A stretch of DNA of 64,000 nt from Candidatus Sericytochromatia bacterium (lineage in GTDB: Bacteria > Cyanobacteriota > Sericytochromatia > S15B-MN24 > VGJW01), in assembly GCA_035285865.1 (NCBI GenBank), contig JAYKHS010000007.1:83508-147507 (forward strand), read 5' to 3'. The position numbers were made by a program, and so were the translations under genes. Shown here in pieces: positions 29,567 to 38,223 of this stretch (position 1 is its first letter; the number at the start of each line of letters is the position of its first letter). The notes beneath the pieces are model-generated. The model ran no database searches. It saw only the letters and a list, made by a program, of their open reading frames with translations, and was not told the origin of the DNA.

Positions 29567-30520
29567 ATGCGCGGGTTCCCGGCGGTGTGCGCGGCCATCC
29601 TCGCGATCTTCCTCGCCGGACCGCGCACGGGCCCCGTCGCGCCCGTACCTGCTGCCGAGGCCCAGGTGCTGTACTGCGCCTACTGCGGCCGGCAGATCGA
29701 GGGGCGATACCTGCAGGACCAGGGCCGTGCCTACCACCCGAAGTGCGCCGCCCAGGTCGCCCCGCGCTGCGTCATCTGCACCAAGCCGATCCTGACCAGC
29801 GCGCGCGTGGACATCTGGGGCTTCCACGCCCATTCCGACCACGGCTGGGACATCGACTGGTGCACCTATTGCGGGCGCATCATCGGCCAAGCCAGCACCG
29901 GTGGCGGAGTGACCTACACCGATGGCCGGGCGGTCTGCAACCTTTGCCGCAAGACGGCCATCGACACGCCTGAAGCCGGTGCGCGGGTAATGGCCCGGGT
30001 GCGCAAGCGCTTGGTCGAATGGGGTATCGTGCTGGACTACCCGCCCATCCCGCTGCAAGTGGGGATGAAACCATGGTTGCGGCAGGTCCAGGGGCAGGGC
30101 AGCAGGCACATCGGGGAGACGGCCGAGGGCCTGATGGAGGCCGAAGTGACACAACGGGTAAAGAGGGGAAAGGGCCTCGGCCGGCGGGTGGTCCTGTCCA
30201 TCTACGCACTGTCCGGCATGCCCGAGGAGAAATTCGCCAGCGTCATGGGCCACGAACTGATGCACGCGTGGGGCTATCTGGCCGGCAGCCAGCGGCGACA
30301 TCCCCAGCTCGAGGAGGGAGCGGCCAGCTATGTCGAAGCCCTCATCCTCGCCGAGGCACGAAGCCCTGAGGGGGCCAAGCGACTCGAAATGATCCAGAAC
30401 GAGCGCGATTACACCTACGGCACGGGCTTCCGCCGGGTCAGGCGCTTCGTCGAGACTCGGGGATGGACCGCCCTGCTGGACGTCCTCAGAACGCAGGAGG
30501 ATCTGCCGCCCGGCTATTAG
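29567..30520 (+). CDS. Secreted LIM-like zinc-finger / DA1-family metallopeptidase, copy 1
   Basis: Signal peptide; CAYC...HPKC...CVIC...H..H...CTYC...CNLC; GHELMHAW, EEG, YGTGFR. Confidence 0.8.
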   Translation: MRGFPAVCAAILAIFLAGPRTGPVAPVPAAEAQVLYCAYCGRQIEGRYLQDQGRAYHPKCAAQVAPRCVICTKPILTSARVDIWGFHAHSDHGWDIDWCTYCGRIIGQASTGGGVTYTDGRAVCNLCRKTAIDTPEAGARVMARVRKRLVEWGIVLDYPPIPLQVGMKPWLRQVQGQGSRHIGETAEGLMEAEVTQRVKRGKGLGRRVVLSIYALSGMPEEKFASVMGHELMHAWGYLAGSQRRHPQLEEGAASYVEALILAEARSPEGAKRLEMIQNERDYTYGTGFRRVRRFVETRGWTALLDVLRTQEDLPPGY

Positions 30521-30702
30521 CCGGTGGGTCGTCGGACTCTCCCTGCTGCTGGGCCGGACCCTGCCGTCCGTCAGCACCTTGCGGGCCAAGGGCCGCATGG
30601 AGGGCCTCGTCGCCGGGCTGCATGTCGCCGTGGCCATGGCAGAGGATGTCGCCGCGCGTGCCCAGGGCGGCCAGGAGCGTGCCGGGCGGGTATCCTTGGA
30701 TC

Positions 30703-31659
30703 ATGCTCAGGGTCTTACTCGTGGGGTTGGCCATCCTCGCGACGATGTTCGGCGGCCCGCGCACGGGCCCCGTCGCGCCCATCCCTGCTGCCGAGGCCCA
30801 GGTGCTGTACTGCGCCTACTGCGGCCGGCAGATCGAGGGGCGATACCTGCAGGACCAGGGCCGTGCCTACCACCAGGCGTGCTACGCCGGCAACGTCGCC
30901 CCGCGCTGTGCCGTCTGCAGCCAGCCGGTCCTGACCAGCTCGCGCGTGGACCGCTGGGGCTTCCACGCGCATGTCGCCCACGGCTCGGCCATCAACCTCT
31001 GCAGCTATTGCGGGCGCATCATCGGCCAGGCCAGCACCGGGGGCGGCGTGGCCTACACCGATGGCCGGCCGGTCTGCAACCTTTGCCGCAAGACGGCCAT
31101 CGACACGCCTGAAGCCGGTGTGCGGGTGATGGCCCGGGTGCGCAAGCGCTTGGCCGAATGGGGGGTCGTGCTGGACTACCCGCTCATCCCGCTGCAACTG
31201 GGGATGAAACCGTGGCTGCAGCAGGTCCAGCGGCAAGGCAGCTTTGCCTTCGGGGGGGAGACCGTAGGCCTGACGCGGGCCGTCGTGAGTCAACGGGTAC
31301 GAGGCCGGGAGATCCTCGACCGGCGGGTCGACCTGTCCATCTACGCGCTGGCCGGCCTGCCCGAGGAAGTCTTCGCCAGCGTCATGGGCCACGAACTGAT
31401 GCACGCGTGGGGCCATCTGGCCGGCAGCCAGCGGCGACAGCCCCAGCTCGAGGAGGGAGCGGCCCGCTACGTCGAGGCCGTCATCCTTGCCGAGGCAGGC
31501 AGCCCCGAGGGGGCCAAGCGACTCGAGATGATCCATTATGATGACGATCCCACCTACGGCAGGGGCTTCCGCCGGGTAAGGCGCTTCGTCGAGACCCGGG
31601 GATGGACCGCCCTGCTGGAAATCCTCAGAACGCAGCATGATCTTCCGCCCGGCTATTAG
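30703..31659 (+). CDS. Secreted LIM-like zinc-finger / DA1-family metallopeptidase, copy 2
   Basis: Same motifs as copy 1 (CAYC, HQAC, CAVC, GHELMHAW, EEG, YGRGFR). Confidence 0.8.
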   Translation: MLRVLLVGLAILATMFGGPRTGPVAPIPAAEAQVLYCAYCGRQIEGRYLQDQGRAYHQACYAGNVAPRCAVCSQPVLTSSRVDRWGFHAHVAHGSAINLCSYCGRIIGQASTGGGVAYTDGRPVCNLCRKTAIDTPEAGVRVMARVRKRLAEWGVVLDYPLIPLQLGMKPWLQQVQRQGSFAFGGETVGLTRAVVSQRVRGREILDRRVDLSIYALAGLPEEVFASVMGHELMHAWGHLAGSQRRQPQLEEGAARYVEAVILAEAGSPEGAKRLEMIHYDDDPTYGRGFRRVRRFVETRGWTALLEILRTQHDLPPGY

Positions 31660-32959
31660 CCGGTGGGTCGTCGGACCCGCCCTCTTGCTGGGCTGTGCGC
31701 TGCTGTCTCCCGTCGCCGAGGCCGCACCGGACGATACGCTGGACGCTGCCGTCCGTCAGCATGGCCGGGTCCGGGCCGGGTGGCAGAGACTGGACGAGGC
31801 CCGCGCGGCCGCCGGACAGTCGCTGGCCGCGCTGCTGCCGGCGCTCAGGCTGGGTGGCGATGTCCGCTGGGCCACCCCCGAGGATCACCACGGTGGCCCT
31901 CCCGAATGGATGTGGGGTCCGCTCGGCGATCTCGACTTGCCCTTGCCCCTGCCGTGGACGGTTTCCGGGACCCTGGCGGCAGCATCGGGTGAAGTCGAGG
32001 TGGCGACGGCACGCTGGGCTCAGGACGTCCGGGCTGTCGGCCGGGAGCTGACGCAGGCCCTGCTCGACCTCGGGCTGGCGAGAGTCCGCCTCGCCGCCCT
32101 CGAAGATGCCGAGTTGCGAGCGGGTGAGTTGTTCGAAGCCGTCGGTCAGCTGGAGCGACAGGGACTCGCGACGACGGCGCAGCGCCTCGAGGTGGCGACG
32201 GCGCGGGATCTGGTCCGCGCCGAGCGGCTGATGGCCGATCCCGAGGTCCGCAGGCAGGAGGCCAGGGTCCGCTCCTGGCCGGGCATGCAACCGGCCGCAG
32301 GCCGTTGGCCCGGACCCGCGTGGGCTGCGGAACTGACGCTGCCGGCCACGGCCGACGTGTCTCTCGTGACGGCGCTGGCCCCGGAACTGCTCGAGCCGGC
32401 GGCAAGGGTGCGGCGCGCAGCGGCACAGGGCGAGGTGGCCCGGTCGCGGGTCTGGCCCCGCCCCGAACTGTTTGCGCGGGGACAGGCCATGAGCTATGCG
32501 GGCCAACTGTCCAGCGGCCGCTGGGTGTCCGGACAGGCACCCCTCTATGCCGTCGGCGGGCGCCTCGTCTGGGAACCGCGCGAAGCGCTGGTGCAGACAC
32601 TCGCCGACCAGCGGAGCGGGGCTCAGCAGCAGGCCGCGGAAGGGGACCTCGATGCGGCGAGACGGCAACTGGGAGCCGATGTCGCGGCCCGGCTGGCCGA
32701 GGCCGAAGCATTGGCCATCGCAGGCCAGCGAGCCGGCGAGGCGCTCGAGGCCGCCGAAAAGCGCGAACGCCTGCTGCGGGCGGCACTGGGCACGGGCCTC
32801 GCCACGGTCCGGGACACCGTGGACGCCCTCTCGGGCATACGCCGGGCGAGACAGGCCCGGGACGAGATCGAGGTCCGCCAACTGGCCCTGCGTCTGGATT
32901 GGTGGTGGCGAACCCGCACGCTCGAGGCACTCGTCCCCACGGGAGGAACCTTGCCATGA
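31637..32959 (+). CDS. TolC-family outer membrane efflux protein (divergent)
   Basis: Signal peptide; two OEP-like repeats (ALLPALRL / VWPRPELF; GLATTAQRL / GLATVRDT). Confidence 0.65.
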   Translation: MIFRPAISRWVVGPALLLGCALLSPVAEAAPDDTLDAAVRQHGRVRAGWQRLDEARAAAGQSLAALLPALRLGGDVRWATPEDHHGGPPEWMWGPLGDLDLPLPLPWTVSGTLAAASGEVEVATARWAQDVRAVGRELTQALLDLGLARVRLAALEDAELRAGELFEAVGQLERQGLATTAQRLEVATARDLVRAERLMADPEVRRQEARVRSWPGMQPAAGRWPGPAWAAELTLPATADVSLVTALAPELLEPAARVRRAAAQGEVARSRVWPRPELFARGQAMSYAGQLSSGRWVSGQAPLYAVGGRLVWEPREALVQTLADQRSGAQQQAAEGDLDAARRQLGADVAARLAEAEALAIAGQRAGEALEAAEKRERLLRAALGTGLATVRDTVDALSGIRRARQARDEIEVRQLALRLDWWWRTRTLEALVPTGGTLP

Positions 32960-33258
32960 GCCGCCTTCCCGACACCACGCGCCTCGAGATGATCCGGGAC
33001 GAGTGGTTGCGCGCGCTGGGTCTTCCGGCTGGAAGCCTGCCGCTCGACTCCCAGGGCCGTCCGACGCTGCCCGAGCCGCCCTGGCAGGACATTCTCGCTG
33101 GCGATCTCGAACTCTGGCAGGCCCGGTGCTATGGCCTGTACGAGCGCCTTGGCATGATCGACCCCGCCGCCCTCGGCCCGGAGGATGCGGCGTGCCTTTC
33201 CGTCCTCCTGCCCCACGTCCGGACCACTCTGCAGCGGCTCCACACCACGTCCTGCTGA
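32956..33258 (+). CDS. Hypothetical protein (100 aa)
   Basis: ATGA overlap with tolC stop, SD GGAGG, normal codon bias. Confidence 0.65.
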   Translation: MSRLPDTTRLEMIRDEWLRALGLPAGSLPLDSQGRPTLPEPPWQDILAGDLELWQARCYGLYERLGMIDPAALGPEDAACLSVLLPHVRTTLQRLHTTSC

Positions 33259-33278
33259 ACGGCGCCCCAAAGCGCGAA

Positions 33279-33300
33279 GCCCCGGGGAAATCCCCGGGGC
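33279..33300. terminator. Hairpin between convergent genes
   Basis: GCCCCGGGGA-AA-TCCCCGGGGC inverted repeat. Confidence 0.6.
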
Positions 33301-33316
33301 ACGCGGTGGCTTCGTG

Positions 33317-33871
33317 CTACTTCTCGCCGAAGACCTTGGCGACGTTGTCGCTGATGGTCTTGCGGAAGCCGAACTTCTCGTCGAGCTTGTTCAGGCCGCG
33401 GTTGACGCCCCAGCTTACGGCCATGGTGCCGATGATGGCGGGTGCACCCAGCAGGACGGGAGCAGCAGTCAGGCCTACCGCGGTGATGGCCATGGTGGCG
33501 CCGGTGACGGCGAGACCGGTGACCACACCGTTGGCCGTGCCGATGGCGAGGTCAGCCGCCACGTTGCCGACGGCGCGAGCCGGGGTCTGCTGGTGCTTGG
33601 CGAGGGCCACGACGTTGCGGACCGTGGAACCGACGCCGTTCCAGAGAAGGTTGCCCTTGAGATTGCCCTTGAGCGTGCTGAGCCCCAGCTCCTTCCAGAA
33701 GGACCCCTGGGCGACGGCCTTGCCGGTCTCGCGAACCACGGCGGCGACACCGGGGACCACCACGGCCTTGATGTCTTCCATCAAGGGATCCGGACGGGTG
33801 AGATCCTTGGGGGCCACGGCCGGACGGACGGCCTTGGGTGCGACGACGGGCTTCAAGCTCTGGACGGCCAT
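33317..33871 (-). CDS. Hypothetical protein with Gly/Ala-rich hydrophobic C-terminal hairpin
   Basis: SD GAGGAG; strongly biased codons; 184 aa. Confidence 0.75.
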   Translation of the reverse strand: MAVQSLKPVVAPKAVRPAVAPKDLTRPDPLMEDIKAVVVPGVAAVVRETGKAVAQGSFWKELGLSTLKGNLKGNLLWNGVGSTVRNVVALAKHQQTPARAVGNVAADLAIGTANGVVTGLAVTGATMAITAVGLTAAPVLLGAPAIIGTMAVSWGVNRGLNKLDEKFGFRKTISDNVAKVFGEK

Positions 33872-33969
33872 CTTTGGACTCCTCTTCCTGCGGACGGCTG
33901 GGTGACAAAGAGGTCATCGCCAGCTCCGCCGCCCGGGATTCTTAAGGACGGCTCAAGCTTCCCCCAAGA

Positions 33970-34338
33970 TCAAGGGGCCACTGCCACGGCTTCCCAGTGC
34001 GACCCGCGAATCGGCCCGAAGGCCTCCACGCCCTTGCCCGCATCGAGGAACAGGAACTGCCCGACCAGGATGAACGCATGCTCGCCTTCCATCATGCCGC
34101 CGGCCTCGGGGACCGAAGACACGCGCAGCATCCGATTCGCATCCCAGCGCGGGTAGGGACCGAAGCCCACGAGGGCGGCCCCCAGTGGCGGCAGGGAACG
34201 CCTGCGACCGAAGTCGGGGCTGGCTTCGAAACGGACCAACCGGAAGGCCTGCCGGGCCGGTTCGCGCTCGAGCCACGCCGTGCTGCCGCAGGCAAGCGAC
34301 AGGCGCAGGTGGGAGGGGGTGGAAACGTTACCGGCCAT
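33970..34338 (-). CDS. Hypothetical protein (122 aa)
   Basis: Start overlaps the end of the peroxiredoxin gene; SD-like GAGG. Confidence 0.55.
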   Translation of the reverse strand: MAGNVSTPSHLRLSLACGSTAWLEREPARQAFRLVRFEASPDFGRRRSLPPLGAALVGFGPYPRWDANRMLRVSSVPEAGGMMEGEHAFILVGQFLFLDAGKGVEAFGPIRGSHWEAVAVAP

Positions 34339-34870
34339 CTTGCCTCGCAGGAGTCGTGACAGGGGTGGGACGAAGATTCGGTGAGGACGTCGCGGCGGCA
34401 GGCGCCAGTTCGGTGACGGCAGCCAGAAGTCGATCTGCCTCCGGCATGCCCTGAAGAACGTGCCGGATCCGGCGATCTCCGTCGAGGACGAAGGTCACCC
34501 GATCGGCCATCGGCATGAACCCCAGCCATCTGGAGCGGTAACGGTCGGCCACCCGCGCCCCCGGGTCGGAGAGCAGGGGGAAGGGCGTGGCACAGTGCAG
34601 GGCAAATCGCCCTTGCGTGGAGGGGTCGTCGGCGGAGAGGCCCAGCACCTGGGCCCCCAGCGCTCTCAGCTTCGGATAAAGGCCGGAGAGCAGCTTCATC
34701 TCGGCCTCTCAGCCGGGGGTGAAGGCCTTGGGGAAGAAGGCCAGGACGATGGGACGCCGCGGCAGGGCGGAGAGGCGCACGGGCTTCTCGTCCTCGGCCA
34801 GCAACGTGAAGTCGGGCGCGAGGTCCCCGATGGCCAGTCCGGCGAGCAGGACCGCAGCGTGCAACAGCAT
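34328..34870 (-). CDS. BCP/AhpC-TSA peroxiredoxin, probable selenoprotein (in-frame UGA at 34709-34711)
   Basis: GDLAPDFTL...FFPKAFTPG-UGA-EAEM...VLGLSAD...PFPLLSD...RVTFVLD in one frame; UGA occupies the peroxidatic Cys position; selAB nearby. Confidence 0.85.
34681..34706 (-). promoter_or_regulatory. Candidate bacterial SECIS element
   Basis: GGCCGAGAUGAAGCUGCUCUCCGGCC starts 2 nt after the UGA; GGCCG/CGGCC and AGA/UCU stem. Confidence 0.6.
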
Positions 34871-34950
34871 GCCGCCCATCATACCAAGGCCGGTCAGGAG
34901 GTCGCCCGTTTGCCGCCCCGGGCCGGGGGGGCTAGACTGACGGGACACAC

Positions 34951-35994
34951 ATGTTCGTCGTCATGCGCCCTCACGCCACCCCCGCCGAAGTCGGCGAGGT
35001 CATCGCACACGCGAGGGCGATGGGCTACGAGGCACGCCAGATCATCCAAGGCGAGCGCGTCGCGGTGGGCCTCTGGGGTGGACCCGACGGCCAGCCGTCC
35101 GGCCGACTCGCCAGCCTGCCGGGCGTCGTCGATCTGGTTCGCGTCTCCTCTCCCCACCCGCTCGCCAGCAGAGCCCTCGACACGGCGACCACGCATGTGA
35201 CCGTCGCGCCGGGCGTGGTCTTCGGCGGCCCCTCCATCGTGGTCATGGCCGGCCCGTGTGCCGTCGAGAACGAGGACCAGTTGCTGGCCGCGGCGCGGGG
35301 CGTTCGGGCAGCCGGTGCGACCGTGCTGCGCGGCGGGGCTTTCAAGCCGCGCACCAGCCCCTACAGCTTCCAGGGCCTCGGAACCGAGGGGCTCGCCATG
35401 CTGGAGGCCGCCCGTCGGGAGACCGGGCTCGCCATCGTGACCGAAGCCGTCGACGTGGCCAGTTTCGATGCCGTCGAGGCGGTAGCGGACATCGTCCAGA
35501 TCGGCGCGCGCAACATGCAGCACTATCCGCTGCTGCGCCGTGCCGGCCGCAGCACGCGCCCCATCCTGCTCAAGCGAGGCCTGTCGGCGACCCTGAAAGA
35601 GCTGCTGCTGGCCGCGGAGTACATCCTTGCGGAAGGCAACATGAATGTCATCCTGTGCGAACGGGGCGTCCGGTCCTTCGAGGACTACACGCGCAACATG
35701 CTGGACCTCGCCGCCATTCCGGCCCTGCACGAACTCTCCCACCTGCCTGTCGTCGCCGATCCCTCCCACGGCACGGGTCGTCGATCGCTCGTCGGCCCGA
35801 TGGCCCGGGCGGCCCTTGCGGCAGGTGCCGACGGCCTGCTGATCGAGGTTCATCCCGAACCCGGCATGGCCCTGAGCGACGGGCCGCAGTCGATGGATCT
35901 CGAGGCCTTCCACGCCCTGATGGCAGACTTGCCCGCGGCTGCGGCGTCCGCAGGTCGCGACGTCGCCGGCGGGAAGCCCTCGGCCGTGAGCTGA
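34951..35994 (+). CDS. aroF: 3-deoxy-7-phosphoheptulonate (DAHP) synthase, class I-beta
   Basis: AGPCAVE, RGGAFKPRTSPYSFQG, QIGARNMQ, LLKRG, CERG, DPSHGTG. Confidence 0.95.
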   Translation: MFVVMRPHATPAEVGEVIAHARAMGYEARQIIQGERVAVGLWGGPDGQPSGRLASLPGVVDLVRVSSPHPLASRALDTATTHVTVAPGVVFGGPSIVVMAGPCAVENEDQLLAAARGVRAAGATVLRGGAFKPRTSPYSFQGLGTEGLAMLEAARRETGLAIVTEAVDVASFDAVEAVADIVQIGARNMQHYPLLRRAGRSTRPILLKRGLSATLKELLLAAEYILAEGNMNVILCERGVRSFEDYTRNMLDLAAIPALHELSHLPVVADPSHGTGRRSLVGPMARAALAAGADGLLIEVHPEPGMALSDGPQSMDLEAFHALMADLPAAAASAGRDVAGGKPSAVS

Positions 35995-36037
35995 ACGGAG
36001 TCACCGGGCTCGCACGAACCCGACGCTCCCGAAGACC

Positions 36038-37177
36038 TCAGGGGGCCGAGACCACCCGCCCCGTGACGACAAGGCCCTCGCCCGTCACGCGGGCTTCCAG
36101 ACCCTCGAGACGCGGCGCCGACTCCACGAAAGCGTGCCCGAGTCCGCCCACCAGCGAGGGCGAAGCGGCCCCCCCGAGCAACGACGGGTGCAGGAACAGC
36201 ACCAGACGGTCGACCAGACCGGCCTCGAAGGCGGCATCCGCGAGCGTCCCGCCTGCCTCGACGAGCACCGAGGCCACGTTGCGGCGCCCCAGCAGCATCA
36301 GCAGGCGATCGAGGTCGATGTTGACAGCCAGCGGATCGCCTGTGGTCGGAACCTCGAGAATCTCGGCCCCTGCCTCGCGCAGGGAAGCGACCCGATCCTT
36401 GGGCGCATAGCGGCTGGTCACCAGCAGGGTCGATGAGCGTTGGCCAGCGATCTGAGGGCGCGAGAGAATCCGGGCACCCAAGGGCAAGCGCGCCATGCCG
36501 TCGATGACGACACACAGCGGGCTGCGCCCGCGGGAGCGGGTGGTCTCGGGCAACACGTCCTCGGCCACCAGGTCCTGCACGCCCAGCAGGACGGCATCGT
36601 GTTCCGCACGCAGGTCATCGAGCAGGGAGGCCGGCGCGGGCGGGCGCTCCCCGATGCTGGTCGCGGTCTTGCCATCGACGCTCATGACGGAAAAGACCGT
36701 GACGAAGGGGCGTCGCGTCCGCAAAAAGACCTCATGGGCCTCGTTGAGGCGGGCTGCAGCCTCTGTAAAGGGGCCGTCCTCGACCTTGACGCCGGCCTGG
36801 ATCAAGGCATCTCGGACCTGACCCCGGCTGGCCGGGTTGGGGTCAGGGGCCGCCATGACGACTCGGGCAATCCGGGCGCCAAGCACGGCCTCGACGACCT
36901 GTCCGGGGGTACCCCCGGGCTCCGTCGTCAGCACCAACGTGGCACCCCGCGCGGCGTCGCCCGCTGCCGCGAGCGCGTGGAAGATGGCGTGACGTCCGCC
37001 GGCATCCTGCGTGAAGCCCTCTGCCAAGGGCACGCCGTCAAGCAGGACCACGGCCCCGGCCAAGGGTGAGGGGGACGTCCATCCCCGGCCCAGCTCGGCA
37101 AGCTGCAGCGCCCGTTGCATGGCGTCGGCGACCGAAGCCCCGAGACCTCGCCCCTCCGACTCCGTCGCGCTGGACAA
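36038..37177 (-). CDS. RibD-like deaminase/reductase with degenerate catalytic motifs
   Basis: MQRALQLA..G.G.TSPSP, DPNP, RPFV, MSVDGK, SVLVEAGG; HAE replaced by HAI and both Zn cysteines absent; TTG start after SD GGAGG. Confidence 0.8.
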   Translation of the reverse strand: MSSATESEGRGLGASVADAMQRALQLAELGRGWTSPSPLAGAVVLLDGVPLAEGFTQDAGGRHAIFHALAAAGDAARGATLVLTTEPGGTPGQVVEAVLGARIARVVMAAPDPNPASRGQVRDALIQAGVKVEDGPFTEAAARLNEAHEVFLRTRRPFVTVFSVMSVDGKTATSIGERPPAPASLLDDLRAEHDAVLLGVQDLVAEDVLPETTRSRGRSPLCVVIDGMARLPLGARILSRPQIAGQRSSTLLVTSRYAPKDRVASLREAGAEILEVPTTGDPLAVNIDLDRLLMLLGRRNVASVLVEAGGTLADAAFEAGLVDRLVLFLHPSLLGGAASPSLVGGLGHAFVESAPRLEGLEARVTGEGLVVTGRVVSAP

Positions 37178-37235
37178 GCTTTGCCGTTCCTCCCGAATGA
37201 AGGTACCCGGTCCGGGCACGGGCTAACCTCTCGGC

Positions 37236-38159
37236 ATGGACATCGCGTGGTGCACGGACGGCAGTCCGACGGCCAATCGGGCCCTGCGGGACGCACCACG
37301 GCTGCTTCGGGACGAGGATCGGTCCGACCATGTGCTGGTCGTGGTACCCCCGATCCAGAGCACGGGCATGAGCATGACCTTCGGCAGCCCTTACCTGCCA
37401 GAAGCAACCCTCCTCGAGGCTGCCGAGGTAGAAGGACGACTGCAGCTCGCCGAGGGCATCGGCGTGCTGGAGGAGCAGGCCGCGGGGCGTCTCCCTGTTC
37501 CGGAAGGCCATCTGCTGCACGGTGATCCCGGTGCTGCGCTCATCGCGTGGATCAGGTCCATGCATCCGGCACTTGCGGTCCTCGGCACCCACGGTCGGGG
37601 AGGCCTCGGGCGGCTGCTGCTCGGCAGCGTTGCGGACCACCTGATCCGGCACGCCCCGTGTCCGCTGCTGATTCACCCGGCGAAGGCACCGGAAATGCCG
37701 TCAGCAGGCCCGATCAGCATCCTTGCCGACAGTGCTGCGATGGCCGGTCGGTTGCTGGCGCAGGCCGCCCCCCTGATCCGTCTCGCAGGCCACGACCTCG
37801 AGGTCGTGCTGGCTCTGCATCCCCCTCCGGGGCCGCTACCGGGCCAGATGCTCGGGGACCCGCTGGTGGACTGGGCCGAGTTGGAGGCCCTCGAGCATGC
37901 GAGGGCACGCGACGAACTGGCAGCGGCAGCGCGAATGGCCGGGCCCGGCACGGCCACCCACCTGCTCGTCGGCCATGTCCCCGACACGCTGGCCGAACAC
38001 CTGCGTCGCACAAGACCGGCCCTGGCGGTCCTCGGCACGCACGGACGCAAGGGCATCGAGCGCGCACTCCTCGGGAGCGTCGCCGACCACCTCATCCGCC
38101 ACGCCCCCTGTCCGATGCTGCTCATTCCGGTGCACGCGCGGTCCGATGAGGCAGACTGA
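37236..38159 (+). CDS. Universal stress protein, tandem USP domains
   Basis: Two VLGTHGR.G..R.LLGSVADHLIRHAPCP motifs. Confidence 0.92.
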   Translation: MDIAWCTDGSPTANRALRDAPRLLRDEDRSDHVLVVVPPIQSTGMSMTFGSPYLPEATLLEAAEVEGRLQLAEGIGVLEEQAAGRLPVPEGHLLHGDPGAALIAWIRSMHPALAVLGTHGRGGLGRLLLGSVADHLIRHAPCPLLIHPAKAPEMPSAGPISILADSAAMAGRLLAQAAPLIRLAGHDLEVVLALHPPPGPLPGQMLGDPLVDWAELEALEHARARDELAAAARMAGPGTATHLLVGHVPDTLAEHLRRTRPALAVLGTHGRKGIERALLGSVADHLIRHAPCPMLLIPVHARSDEAD

Positions 38160-38223
38160 GGCATCCGGGCGGCAGGGTGCAGCCGACACTGCCTCGTCCC
38201 CGGGCGCGTGCCATGCTCCCTGC

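Larger units (their letters stand above)
29416..31762. repeat. Diverged ~1.15 kb tandem duplication (glk 3' end + DA1 gene + tolC 5' end)
   Basis: 30580-30655 resembles glk 29420-29495; 30521-30576 resembles tolC 31660-31693 plus 31741-31761; long identical blocks between the two DA1 genes. Confidence 0.9.

Noticed and set aside
33250..33300. C-terminal Cys-UGA as a second selenoprotein with a SECIS
   Set aside because: The hairpin is a perfect inverted repeat between convergent genes (terminator-like) and the read-through peptide looks non-coding.
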